Shown: positions 23,978 to 36,930, counted from the first letter of the stretch. The stretch: 64,000 nucleotides of DNA from Octopus sinensis (GCF_006345805.1 NC_043000.1:77252001-77316000), one strand, 5' to 3'. Translations and numbers: made by a program. The notes: generated by a model not told the origin, from the sequence alone.

Positions 23978-25168
23978 ACTTATTGCCTTTGCACAGCTTC
24001 TAACTCTGGAAATGTATTACGGTGCCAGCTGTTCACTACCAGTGAATTGAGGTAACACTCCTTATTTTTTCAGCACCATCTGGAGTATTCAAGCGGTTCC
24101 AAGCAGTGCTGTTTTCTACAAGTGATCCACCCTTATTGCAGCCCTTATTTGTTCCATGTACTTCTCAAGATTTTTACTCACTGCTCCCAGGGCTCCGACA
24201 ATTATTGGTACTACTACCATCTTTTTCATTGACCACAACTGCTTAACCTCCCAAGCTAACCTGTCATATCTATCGATTGCTTCCTTATCACATACCTTGT
24301 TGTCAGCTGGGCATGCTATATCTATGATTCGGCATCGTTTGCTTTCTTTCTCAATTAACACCATGCCTGGTTTCCTATTCTCTATTTCATGGTCGCACTG
24401 AATCATAAAATCCCATAGGATCCCTGCATTATTATTTTCAATGATATCTTCGGGTTCATGTTCGTATCAATTTTTTGCTGTCAAATCCATACTTGTTGCA
24501 AAGTGTTCAATGGACAAGCCTTGCTATATTGTCATGATATCTCTTATATTCTTTCTTGGCTAGTGGCGTACATTGACTGGTAATATACCATACGGTTTCA
24601 CCATTTTGACCCCAAATTCTGTAATTATCACTTTCTGATGTGTTGTCTATTCTGCATTTGATGTAATTGATTCTTAATGCCTGCTCTTAGGTAGCACAGA
24701 GATTATAGTCTCCGTTTCCGGTTTTAAATCACTCTTAGTCATCCATAGGCATCTTTTCTTTTCTGTCTGTCTTATTTTCAACATCCCTATGAAATTGTCC
24801 ATGCATTCTTTTCTTTATCCACCTATTTTCAATTTCATTCATTCTCAAGTGCTTTATCTTTGCAATCTCCCATCCTACAAAAGTCTGACCCTCTTACTTC
24901 CAATAATAGTGGTTCTGTGGCATTTTTACATATTGTGCTATGCTGTTTTCTTCTGCTCTAATGCTCTGTTCGCATCCAATCAGTCCTCTTCCCCCTCTTT
25001 TTCTTGGTACATACAGTCTGTTTGTGTCACTTGTTGGATAGAGTATCCCATATCTAGTCAGTAACTTCCTTATCTTTCTGACTAAGTTGTTTAGTTCATC
25101 TACTGTCCATACGATTACCCTCGCTCCATATCCTAGTAGTGAAACTGCTCAGGTGTTGATAGCGTCAA
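23978..25168 (-). mobile_element. R4/Dong-like LINE 3' fragment (same subfamily as 1006-1598)
   Basis: IQCDHEIENRKPGMVLIEKESKRCRIIDIACP and a shared 3' UTR (tttgcacagcttctaac). Adjacent (CTT)n at ~23835-23967. Confidence 0.82.
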
Positions 25169-25206
25169 TTTCAAACCTGGTTTCTTATTCCTAAGGTATT
25201 TTTCGA

Positions 25207-25264
<58 letters not shown>

Positions 25265-25290
25265 GCTATTGTTATTGTTCAACAACAAAA
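25168..25290 (-). mobile_element. Truncated piece of the hammerhead-SINE family (ribozyme part missing)
   Basis: Reverse complement (aat)n-catcgaaaaataccttaggaataagaaaccaggtttgaaatt, then joins Dong sequence. Confidence 0.7.
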
Positions 25291-25459
25291 ACAACAACAA
25301 CAACAACAACAACGACAGTAAATTTTTCTGTCATTATTATTATTATTATTATTCCTAACCACGTAAACAAATCAACACCGGTTGTCAAGCGGTGATGCAG
25401 GACAAACACATACATCCCCTATGTTTCTGTGTGTTTGTGCATTGGTGCGTATATATATA

Positions 25460-25512
<53 letters not shown>

Positions 25513-25687
25513 TTCGATGCGCATGGTATTTTATTACGGCGCCGCCGTGACTTACAATCCTGTAAATAATAATAATTAAAGCTTATGACGATCACCGTGC
25601 AATGACTAAGGAAAATAGTCTAATAAAGGGGCATGTAAGCCCTCGACAGAAAAAAAGAAGGCTTCCCTAACCAGTTTCCTTTTAATA

Positions 25688-25816
25688 AATCCACCTACAA
25701 GGATTTGGTCAGCTCGTGACTAGAGGAGATGACACTTGCACAAGGTGCCATGCAGTCGGACTGAACTGGAGATGTGTGATTGGGAAGGAAACTTCTTACC
25801 ACACAGGTCACGCCAC
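25688..25816 (-). mobile_element. tRNA-derived CORE-type SINE, diverged
   Basis: Reverse complement ...tgtgtggtaagaagttt...cagttcagtcc..ctgcatggcaccttgtgcaagtgtc... matches 48051-48215. Confidence 0.65.
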
Positions 25817-26571
25817 GGATATTTTCTACAGAAAATATCTCGTACTGATATAGTTAAAAAAGAATCCGAATTTTATGACTGCATTGCTGTTGAAAAATGA
25901 AATCAAAACCCGAATAGGCGTTGGCAACACATTCCCTACACAGTCTTCATTGATAATCTGTTCCTGTAGAAATTCAATGACATTATCATGATTGATGTCA
26001 TTCATTATGAATGTGACATTGAGACATTGAGACATTGAGACATTGATGTTCATGCTTATGAGACATAGTAAAAGATCGAAAGAATTATCACAACCGAAAA
26101 TTAATTTTGACTTTTAATTTGTCATTTCTTAAAGTCCGCAGTGAATTGTCCGATAATTAGCTACTAGACAGCATTCATCTTCAACGATCTTACGAACCAG
26201 AACTTATCCATAATATAAACAGATGGAACGAAAGTAACTAAATGCTACATGGTATTTTATTTAAAGGTATTATGTATGAAAAGACGTGTTAATAAATAAT
26301 GCACACGTATCTATTGCAGTTGAGACGGATATAGAAGTTAACTTTAAAAAAAGAACACTTCGTATGGCTAGAAATAGAAATCACATTAGACGGAATTATA
26401 ATTGACGTAACGGGAAGCTAAGGATTTCTTTTGCACAACTTGGGTTATTCCCTTAAATCCTACTAATTATTATCTTAAATATTCTCTCCAGCACATTCAC
26501 GTCTTTTGGACTACTTTTGAACTTTTGAAACCTGATTTAACAGATTTTTCCATATTTTCCTTCTTTACACG

Positions 26572-26655
<84 letters not shown>

Positions 26656-27293
26656 CCACATACACACAAACACACACCACACACACATACACATACAAAC
26701 AGACACATACACACACACACACACACACTTTACTATTTGTTTATATATGACTTCAGAAGAAACTTAACGTGTCAGTTATTGAGATAACCATTCAATAGAT
26801 ATTAAGTGCTTATCGTTAAACGTCCTTGAAAATAACCTAATTTTAACTTTTCTACGTACAAACATACATACGTACATATTGGTAATTGTACACACAAACA
26901 CACAAGTATATGTGCATATATATATTTATATATACGTATACATCCACACATATATGTTTTTTACGCACGTTATGTATAAAACATCGAACAATGAAGGATT
27001 ACTCAATGCATTTCAATGAAAGATCACATTTATCATACAAGGAAAAGCTTGACATTGACTTTAAACTTTCAATGGTAGTTGGCTTCGTTAGAGAGTATGT
27101 GTGTGTGTGTTTGTGACTTCGTGAGTGTGTGTGTCTGTATGTGTGTGCCTCTATGTTTGTGTGTATGAGTATATACATATATAGTTGAAATTTACAGAAA
27201 AACAAAAGACAAATCAGGTGTATAAACAAGCAGGTATATATATATAATTTCGTAAATAAAATATATGCATACATACATACATATATGTACGTA

Positions 27294-30200
27294 CTCTGCA
27301 TCTTTCTTTCTTTCTCTCCCATTCCCTTTTTCGTCTTTTTTTTCCCTCACTTAACTTGTCTCTTCCTATCTCTCTCATTCTTCATTCTCTCTCTCCCTTT
27401 CACCATTCTTCATGGTCTCCTCGCACCATTCCCCTTCTTCTCTCTCTTCCTCTTGCTCCTCCTCCCCCATTCCCGTCATCCATCTGCGACGATACTTCCG
27501 TCGTAACTGCTTCCTGTCCTTTCTCGCCCGCCTTGTAAGGCTTATGGTCGACAAATTTTCCCTCTCTGTCTTCCACGATAATCCAGCGTTTGCAATATTT
27601 TTTCGTCTGGCGTTAACAGCCCTTCTTATCTTGTTCTCCTTGTCCTGTCTCTCACTGTTATATATTTATTTTTCCACTGTTTATATATATATTTTTTACT
27701 GTTTATATGTTTGTACTGTCGTTACCGTCTTGCTTTTTTTTTACCCCTCTGCGAAAAGATCTCAGAATTTTAATTGATTTGCTTTTCGCGGGAAGGAATT
27801 TTTCTTCGAAGTATACGTCTCGCTTTTATCCTTCGAAACGTTTAGTAGATGAAATCTTAGCGACTGAAGAAGGGGATTTTCGTTGTGCTTATTGTCCTGT
27901 ATCTCTCCCTTTTTTTTTGCTTGTCTTGTTCCTTTGTTTGTGTCTATGTGTTTCGTCTCTCTATGTGTTCGACGTCTTTTTGGTGTCCTGTACACATATA
28001 TGCGTGTATATGTACATGTAGAGGTAGGTACGTACATATATGTTTATATATGCATATATTCTATTTTATTAACATATTATACGACTAAACGCACGCACCC
28101 TACTAAGTAAGATTGTTCTGTTTATCAAGTTAGCCTTGATATTAACTCTCACGCGACTCTGCATCTTTCTTTCTTTCTCTCCCATTCCCTTTTTCGTCTT
28201 TTTTTTCCCTCACTTAACTTGTCTCTTCCTCTCTCTCTCATTCTTCATTCTCTCTCTCCCTTTCACCATTCTTCATGGTCTCCTCGCACCATTCCCCTTC
28301 TTCTCTCTCTTCCTCTTGCTCCTCCTCCCCCATTCCCGTCATCCATCTGCGACGATACTTCCGTCGTAACTGCTTCCTGTCCTTTCTCGCCCGCCTTGTA
28401 AGGCTTATGGTCGACAAATTTTCCCTCTCTGTCTTCCACGATAATCCAGCGTTTGCAATACTTTTTTCGTCTGGCGTTAACAGCCCTTCTTATCTTGTTC
28501 TCCTTGTCCTGTCTCTCACTGTTATATATTTATTTTTCCACTGTTTATATATATATTTTTTACTGTTTATATGTTTGTACTGTCGTTACCGTCTTGCTTT
28601 TTTTTTTTTTACCCCTCTGCGAAAAGATCTCAGAATTTTAATTGATTTGCTTTTCGCGGGAAGGAATTTTTCTTGGAAGTATACGTCTCGCTTTTATCCT
28701 TCGAAACGTTTAGTAGATGAAATCTTAGCGACTGAAGAAGGGGATTTTTCGTTGTGCTTATTGTCCTGTATCTCTCCCTTTTTTTTTTGCTTGTCTTGTT
28801 CCTTTGTTTGTGTCTATGTGTTTCGTCTCTCTATGTGTTCGACGTCTTTTTGGTGTCCTGTACACATATATGCGTGTATATGTACATGTAGAGGTAGGTA
28901 CGTACATATATGTTTATATATATGCATATATTCTATTTTATTAACATATTATACGACTAAACGCACGCACCCTACTAAGTAAGATTGTTCTGTTTATCAA
29001 GTTAGCCTTGATATTAACTCTCACGCGACTCTGCATCTTCTTTCTTTCTCTCCATTCCCTTTTTCGTCTTTTTTTTCCTCACTTAACTTGTCTCTTCCTC
29101 TCTCTCTCATTCTTCATTCTCTCTCTCCCTTTCACCATTCTTCATGGTCTCCTCGCACCATTCCCCTTCTTCTCTCTCTCCTCTTGCTCCTCCTCCCCCA
29201 TTCCCGTCATCCATCTGCGACGATACTTCCGTCGTAACTGCTTCCTGTCCTTTCTCGCCCGCCTTGTAAGGCTTATGGTCGACAAATTTTCCCTCTCTGT
29301 CTTCCACGATAATCCAGCGTTTGCAATACTTTTTTCGTCTGGCGTTAACAGCCCTTCTTATCTTGTTCTCCTTGTCCTGTCTCTCACTGTTATATATTTA
29401 TTTTTCCACTGTTTATATATATATTTTTTACTGTTTATATGTTTGTACTGTCGTTACCGTCTTGCTTTTTTTTTTTTACCCCTCTGCGAAAAGATCTCAG
29501 AATTTTAATTGATTTGCTTTTCGCGGGAAGGAATTTTTCTTCGAAGTATACGTCTCGCTTTTATCCTTCGAAACGTTTAGTAGATGAAATCTTAGCGACT
29601 GAAGAAGGGGATTTTTCGTTGTGCTTATTGTCCTGTATCTCTCCTTTTTTTTTTTTGCTTGTCTTGTTCCTTGGTTTGTGTCTATGTGTTTCGTCTCTCT
29701 ATGTGTTCGACGTCTTTTTGGTGTCCTGTACACATATATGCGTGTATATGTACATGTAGAGGTAGGTACGTACATATATGTTTATATATATGCATATATT
29801 CTATTTTATTAACATATTATACGACTAAACGCACGCACCCTACTAAGTAAGATTGTTCTGTTTATCAAGTTAGCCTTGATATTAACTCTCACGCGACTCT
29901 CTGCTTTCTTTCTTTCTCTCCCATTCCCTTTTTCGTCTTTTTTTCCCTCACTTAACTTGTCTCTTCCTCTCTCACTCATTCTTCATTCTCTCTCTCCCTT
30001 TCACCATTCTTCATGGTCTCCTCGCACATTTCCCTTCTTCTCTCTCTCCTCTTGCTCCTCCTCCCCCATTCCCGTCATCCATCTGCGACGATACTTCCGT
30101 CGTAACTGCTTCCTGTCCTTCTCGCCCGCCTTGTAAGGCTTATGGTCGACAAATTTTCCCTCTCTGTCTTCCACGATAATCCAGCGTTTGCAATACTTTT

Positions 30201-31552
30201 TCGTCTGGCGTTAACAGCCCTTCTTATCTTGTTCTCCTTGTCCTGTCTCTCACTGTTATATATTATTTTTCCACTGTTTATATATATTTTTTACTGTTTA
30301 TATGTTTGTACTGTCGTTACCGTCTTGCTTTTTTTTTTACCCCTCTGCGAAAAGATCTCAGAATTTTAATTGATTTGCTTTTCGCGGGAAGGAATTTTTC
30401 TTCGAAGTATACGTCTCGCTTTTATCCTTCGAAACGTTTAGTAGATGAAATCTTAGCGACTGGAAGAAGGGGATTTTTCGTTGTGCTTATTGTCCTGTAT
30501 CTCTCCCTTTTTTTTTTTTTTTTTTTTTTGCTTGTCTTGTTCCTTGGTTTGTGTCTATGTGTTTCGTCTCTCTATGTGTTCGACGTCTTTTTGGTGTCCT
30601 GTACACATATATGCGTGTGTATATGTACATGTAGAGGTAGGTACGTACATATATGTTTATATATATGCATATATTCTATTTTATTAACATATTATACGAC
30701 TAAACGCACGCACCCTACTAAGTAAGATTGTTCTGTTTATCAAGTTAGCCTTGATATTAACTCTCACGCGACTCTGCATCTTTCTTTCTTTCTCTCCCAT
30801 TCCCTTTTCGTCTTTTTTTTCCCTCACTTAACTTGTCTCTTCCTCTCTCTCTCATTCTTCATTCTCTCTCTCCCTTTCACCATTCTTCATGGTCTCCTCG
30901 CACATTCCCCTTCTTCTCTCTCTTCCTCTTGCTCCTCCTCCCCCATTCCCGTCATCCATCTGCGACGATACTTCCGTCGTAACTGCTTCCTGTCTTTCTC
31001 GCCCGCCTTGTAAGGCTTATGGTCGACAAATTTTCCCTCTCTGTCTTCCACGATAATCCAGCGTTTGCAATACTTTTTTCGTCTGGCGTTAACAGCCCTT
31101 CTTATCTTGTTCTCCTTGTCCTGTCTCTCACTGTTATATATTTATTTTTCCACTGTTTATATATATATTTTTTACTGTTTATATGTTTGTACTGTCGTTA
31201 CCGTCTTGCTTTTTTTTTTTACCCCTCTGCGAAAAGATCTCAGAATTTTAATTGATTTGCTTTTCGCGGGAAGGAATTTTTCTTCGAAGTATACGTCTCG
31301 CTTTTATCCTTCAAAACGTTTAGTAGATGAAATCTTAGCGACTGAAGAAGGGGATTTTTCGTTGTGCTTATTGTCCTGTATCTCTCCCTTTTTTTTTTGC
31401 TTGTCTTGTTCCTTGGTTTGTGTCTATGTGTTTCGTCTCTCTATGTGTTCGACGTCTTTTTGGTGTCCTGTACACATATATGCGTGTATATGTACATGTA
31501 GAGGTAGGTACGTACATATATGTTTATATATATGCATATATTCTATTTTATT

Positions 31553-31557
<5 letters not shown>
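27294..31557. repeat. Tandem array, ~4.9 copies of a ~870-bp unit
   Basis: Unit starts ctctgc at 27294, 28157, 29029, 29897 and 30772 (periods 863, 872, 868, 875). Copies differ mainly in homopolymer lengths. Confidence 0.97.
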
Positions 31558-31616
<59 letters not shown>

Positions 31617-31739
31617 TGTATATATACATATAGATATAGGTACGTACATATATGTATGTATGTATGCATATATTTTATTAATTAAATTATTATATGACTG
31701 AGCGCCCTCGCGTCGTTTCGTTTCTTTTCTCCAAGTAAG

Positions 31740-31774
<35 letters not shown>

Positions 31775-31797
31775 ATATATATATATATATATATACA

Positions 31798-31950
31798 TCA
31801 CATCAGCCAGGAGGCTCCCTAAACTCCAGGACGGAAGCTGTGATGAGTTGACCACATTTTCGGAAATTTTTGCTTCAAAATTGGAAAACCTACCTATCAA
31901 GCGAAGGAAGACTACTCGCCTGGCCATAATTTTTTCAGAGGAATATTTCT
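31798..31950 (+). pseudogene. Possible BESS-like motif fragment (MADF-BESS / Harbinger-associated)
   Basis: Open frame ...DELTTFSEIFASKLENLPIKRRKTTRLAIIF fits F-x4-A-x2-L-x2-LP-x7-R-x2-I spacing. Pattern match only. Confidence 0.35.
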
Positions 31951-32084
31951 TCAACTATCATCGGCGTTCTTGTGTTTTTTTTTAAAAAAACATTGTTTGT
32001 AGAGAACACTTATCGTTTAGAGAAATTGAAGATATGTATAGTTCGCGGTAGATATGAATCCAATGCCTTTTTTCTAAAACTTAC

Positions 32085-32120
<36 letters not shown>

Positions 32121-32189
32121 GGTATGTATGTATATACACATATACATACATGCATAATACATACATACATACATACATATATATATACA

Positions 32190-32238
<49 letters not shown>

Positions 32239-32621
32239 ATATATGTTGTTATATATATTGTTATATTTCGGAATGGTCATTTTGCCAGTTTAGCCAATAA
32301 AATCACACGCACTATATATTGGTGTTACTTTGCTTCAGCGTTATTTATTTTTTACATTAATCTTAATCTTATTTCGGCCAGAGTTCTTTCGTCACACTCC
32401 TGTGACCGCATCAGTGGTCCTTTGTTTTCTTCTTTCTTATTTGTGTCTCCCCTTACTAACCGTCAGCCATTTTGTATTTCTTTTGTATGTCTTCATTTGC
32501 GCATGCTTATATCTCTATGTGCGTCTATGTTTATTTAGTGTGTGGGGGGGATGCCTGTAATATTTGTATCTTCTGTTTATATACGTTCATGTAATTTGTT
32601 TTTGTTTTTGTTGTTTTTGTT

Positions 32622-32654
<33 letters not shown>

Positions 32655-33411
32655 CACACACACACATATATATAACGAAAATAAGCAACACGATATCCTG
32701 AGGTGATGCAGTACGATCGTTTCAAATGGCTCCATTTATCTGAACAATGCAATCATTATATCAATTTAAACGCAAAGCTATCCTCAGTTGCATAAATAAA
32801 TAGATGTAATTTTTTAATCAGTCAGACACATTAATACAAGTTTACTTAAATACTCTAATAGAATAAGAAGACAAAGTCCATACTGCCACCGCTTCAGCTT
32901 AGAATTTACTAGACATCACGAAAAAAATTGGGGGAGGGGGTCATAGCTTGTAACGGATTTTGGTTCAGTTTTAATTTATTAGTCTTGTTCATCAATTACC
33001 AAATTTAAGACTAGAGGATTGTGTCTGTTAGGAAAGGGCAGGAGAGAGTTGACAGAACATAGTGGGTATAGTAAAAAAACTTATTAAGATTCTCGATAAG
33101 TTTTATGATCCCAACAAAATTTTTTCCTGGTGTCTAGTAAAGTCTAAGCTGAAGTGGTGGCAGCATGTCTTCTTACTCTATTAGAGTATTTAAGTAAAAT
33201 TATATTTAAGTAAAATTATATTAATATTGATATAAAGATTGCATTGTTCAATTAAATGGAGCCACTTGAAACGGTCGTATTGTATCACTTCTGGATATCC
33301 TGTTGCTTATTTTGATTTTATTCACCTTATTTTGAGTTGTACGGATAATACCGCACTAATTTTTGGTGCTTGCACTTAGGTAACTAATTCAACTGAATCT
33401 CAATTATTTTG

Positions 33412-33458
<47 letters not shown>

Positions 33459-33478
33459 CATACATACATACATACATA

Positions 33479-33535
<57 letters not shown>

Positions 33536-33556
33536 ATATATATATATACAGACATG

Positions 33557-33646
<90 letters not shown>

Positions 33647-33649
<3 letters not shown>

Positions 33650-35272
33650 TTGCGGCCAAAATGTTCAGAACGGCATTGTTTTCATCAGAAAAGTAGATAT
33701 AAGTTTTTATTAAAGTTGTTTTATATCCTATAATTTTCACAGACAATAAATACAATATTAATTGTTATTGTCTGAGATTTTGGTGTAATTTGAGAGGATA
33801 ATACAAAAGTTATGGATGATTTAGTGATTTACTGCAAAACCCATGGCGGCCAAAATGATCAGAACGGTTGAAAAATAACAAAATAATCAAAAATGACAGA
33901 GAATACTGGAATTATTTAATATTTAGTGTGAAGCCCTTTAGCTTCAATCACACTCTGACATCTTCGACTGCATGAGGAAATTAAATTTTCAATTTCTTGC
34001 TGGGTGATCTTATTCCATTCTTCCTGAAGGGCATTCCATAATTGCTCAGTTGTTTTAGGATTTCTGGCTTTCGAACGTTCTCCTAGAATATTCCACACAT
34101 TTTCAATAGGATTGAGATCTGGGCTTTGAGCTGGCCAATCCATAACAATAACCTTTTCAGCCTTGAGGAAGTTCATGACCACCTTAGCCTTGTGACATGA
34201 GGTATTGTCCTGCATGAATATGGGTGGTCGCTTAGTTGAATTTCTCAGCACAGGCAAGACATGATCTTTTACAAGTTGTTTATAAACTCCTGCATTTAAC
34301 TTTCCATGTAATCGCACCAAAGGGCCAACACCATCACCAGATATCATTCCCCAAACCATGACACTTCCTCCACCGAATTTAACACTAGTCTTAAGGCATT
34401 TAGGCAACAATTTTTCACCTACTTTTCTACGAACGTACCTTTTTCCATCTGAGCCAAATAGCATAAACTTAGATTCATCACTGAAATGCACCGTTTGCCA
34501 TTTTTCTTGAGACCACAACACATGTTCGGTTGCAAAGGTAAGACGATACTTTTTATTCTTGGAGCTGATCAGTGGCTTCACTGCAGATGCTCTTGCTTGT
34601 AGGTCATGTTCAACTAAACGACAAGACAAGGTTTTTCAAGACAAGTTTTCTTCAATACAATGCTCATTTTCCGAGAAACAGCAGCAACAGTTTTAAATCT
34701 GTCCTTTTTAACCAACTTTACCATAGCACGATCTTCTCTCTTGGTCGTTTTTCTTGGCCTACCTGTAAACTTTTTTGCTTCACACGAACCACAATCATCG
34801 TAGACCTTAAGAATACCGTGTACAACACTTTTTGACTTGTTAACAATCTTTGCAATAGATCCAATACTTAAATTATCCTTCCATCGAAGCTTAATAATCT
34901 GCTGACGAATTGGTAACGAAGTAAGTGGCATTATATTAACAAAGTACACTGCAAATATTCTTACTAATGTTTAGTAAACGAACCGTCACGTAAACAAATT
35001 CAAAACATTAGAGTTCGCCAGTTAAATATACTAAAACACGGAGTAAAAGCAACCGTTCTGATCATTTTGGCCGCCATGGGTTTTGCAGTAAATCACTAAA
35101 TCATCCATAACTTTTGTATTATCCTCTCAAATTACACCAAAATCTCAGGAAATAACAAATAATATCGTATTTATTGTCTGTGAAAATTATAGAATATAAA
35201 ACAATTTTGATAAAAATTATACCTACTTTTCTGACGAAAACAATGCCGTTCTGAACATTTTGGCCGCAACTG
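33647..35272 (-). mobile_element. Tc1-like DNA transposon with long IR/DR terminal repeats (1626 bp)
   Basis: TIRs 33647-33870 and 35050-35272 (cagttgcggccaaaatgttcagaacgg...), each with an inner direct repeat gcggccaaaatgatcagaacgg. TA flanks. Confidence 0.95.
33916..34931 (-). pseudogene. Tc1 DD34E transposase (one frameshift and one stop near 34640)
   Basis: MPLTSLPIRQQII... HTH, then FSDESKF, MQDNTSCH and SPDLNPIEN, with 34 residues between the second D and E. Confidence 0.92.
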
Positions 35273-35294
35273 TATATATATATATATATACACA

Positions 35295-36491
35295 CAGAGA
35301 CATGCAGGAAGTAAATAAATACCTTTAATTTTCAAAAATTTCTCATCTAAGCGTCTTAAAATGTTTTCAGCGGTATACCATGCCACGCAGAAAAAATTCA
35401 GCAGAACTGTCAGACTTTCAAAGAGGTCGTATTTTTGGGCAATCTGAGGCTGCACCTAGCCAGCGAAAAATTGCCGAAAATCTTCAAATTCCTCATGCTA
35501 CTGTTAATAGGATTATAGTGCAATTCAAAAGCCAAGGAAAAGAATCAACAGATTCTCCTCCCGGACGGCCTGGGCCTTCGGAAAGGAAGCTTCGCTGTTT
35601 GAAGAGAATTGAGGAAAACGAACCCCGTTTGAAGGCTTCTGGCATTGCAAAACGGCTAGAAATTAGTCCAAGAATGTGTGTTGCATATCTGCATAAGCTT
35701 GGGTATTATGGACGAGCAGCTAGACGAAAACCTCTCCTTCAACCAATTAATTTCATGAAAAGAAAGAAATGGGCTAAGGAGATGTCAGAAAAATCCAATT
35801 CAGTTTAGGATAGAGTGATTTTCTCAGATGAATCCAGATTTGCATTATTTTCAGACAGTGGATATGTTTGGGTCTGGAGGCTTCCCAAACAAGAATTTTA
35901 ATTGAAACGACTCCAACCAACTGTGAAACGTAGCGGTATCTCTTTAATGGTAAAGGAAACAGTCACCAGCGATGGTCGTTGTCAGCTGGTCGAATGTGTT
36001 GAAACCATGAACTCTGAAAAATACATCGAAATACTTAAGCAAGGATTACTTCCGATGTATTCACACGATAACATAATAAAAAATAAGTTTTTATTCATGG
36101 AAGATGGGGCTCTATGCTACATATCGAAACGAAATCACCAATGGCTGAATGAAAATGGGATCAAAAAGCTTCCTTGGCCGAGCCAATCTCCTGACATGGA
36201 CCTAATTGAAAATCTTTGGAGAATACTAGATAGAGCTATACGAAAAACTCGACAGAAACCTAAATCTAAAGATGAATTGTTTCGATTGTTGCATGAAAGG
36301 TGGGTAGAAATTCCACAAAGCTCATGAGTTCAATGCCAAAAAGAGTTTCTGAATTAAAAACTGCAATGGGAATGTCAACTAAATGCTAAAGTATGTTGTC
36401 CTACCTATCGATTACATTTCAATTGTTCGCTTTGCGTATTAAATAAAAGATTTTAAAAATTATAGGTGTCTATTTACTTCTTGCATGTCTG
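35295..36491 (+). mobile_element. Second Tc1-like transposon (~1.2 kb), older
   Basis: Imperfect TIRs cag(ag)acatgcaggaagtaaata.../...tatttacttcttgcatgtctg. Starts ~22 bp after the first Tc1, separated by (TA)n. Confidence 0.88.
35380..36389 (+). pseudogene. Tc1 DD34E transposase, stops at 35806 and 35899 and a frameshift near 36325
   Basis: [20 protein letters not shown]..., IFSDESRF, MEDGALC...WPSQSPDMDLIE (D-34-E). Confidence 0.88.
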
Positions 36492-36563
36492 TATGAATAA
36501 GATTTAAGGTGAAAAAGCACAGAAATCTTGTTTGTGTTGATAAAGGTTATTACAATATGTAAA

Positions 36564-36930
36564 GAGTCGACAGGTTTCGCTAATCACGACTCAATGTTAT
36601 GAAATCATAAGTTTTTGATTTAATTTTGCGTAGAAGCAGGTATTATACAATTATGCAGTTATACAGAAGAGTAGAGCCCAAGGGGAGATAATCAGTGAAT
36701 ATAATGTTTTTACCTAAAGGGTTAATCAGTGGATATAATATGTCTTAGCTAGGGGGAGGTAAATCTTTTTTCCTTTTTTCTGTTTTTTTTTTATATGTGA
36801 AGTTCACTATATATTCATGTTAAGTTCTGGTTTGTATTTTTCAATAAATGTAGGCTCTTTATTTAGTCGTTTTGAGTCCTTTCCATGCATTGACATAGTA
36901 GGAATATTGTGAATTGTGGTTGACGTTTTA
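36564..36930 (-). mobile_element. Penelope-like element 3' remnant with degenerate hammerhead
   Basis: Minus frame ...SKRLNKEPTFIEKYKPELN resembles a PLE GIY-YIG C-terminus. Downstream is ttgagtcgtgattagcgaaacctgtc (36564-36597), a decayed CTGATGAG...GAAAC..GTC. Confidence 0.55.

Noticed and set aside
25826-26053. Minus ORF with cadherin-like words (NDINHDN...INEDCVG)
   Set aside because: Lacks PxF, LDRE and DxD motifs, and its start is a (gacatt)n repeat. Likely chance.
27294-31557. Repeated ORFs (up to 235 aa) in the array units
   Set aside because: Low-complexity F/L/S-rich translations, broken differently in each unit, with no domain signal.
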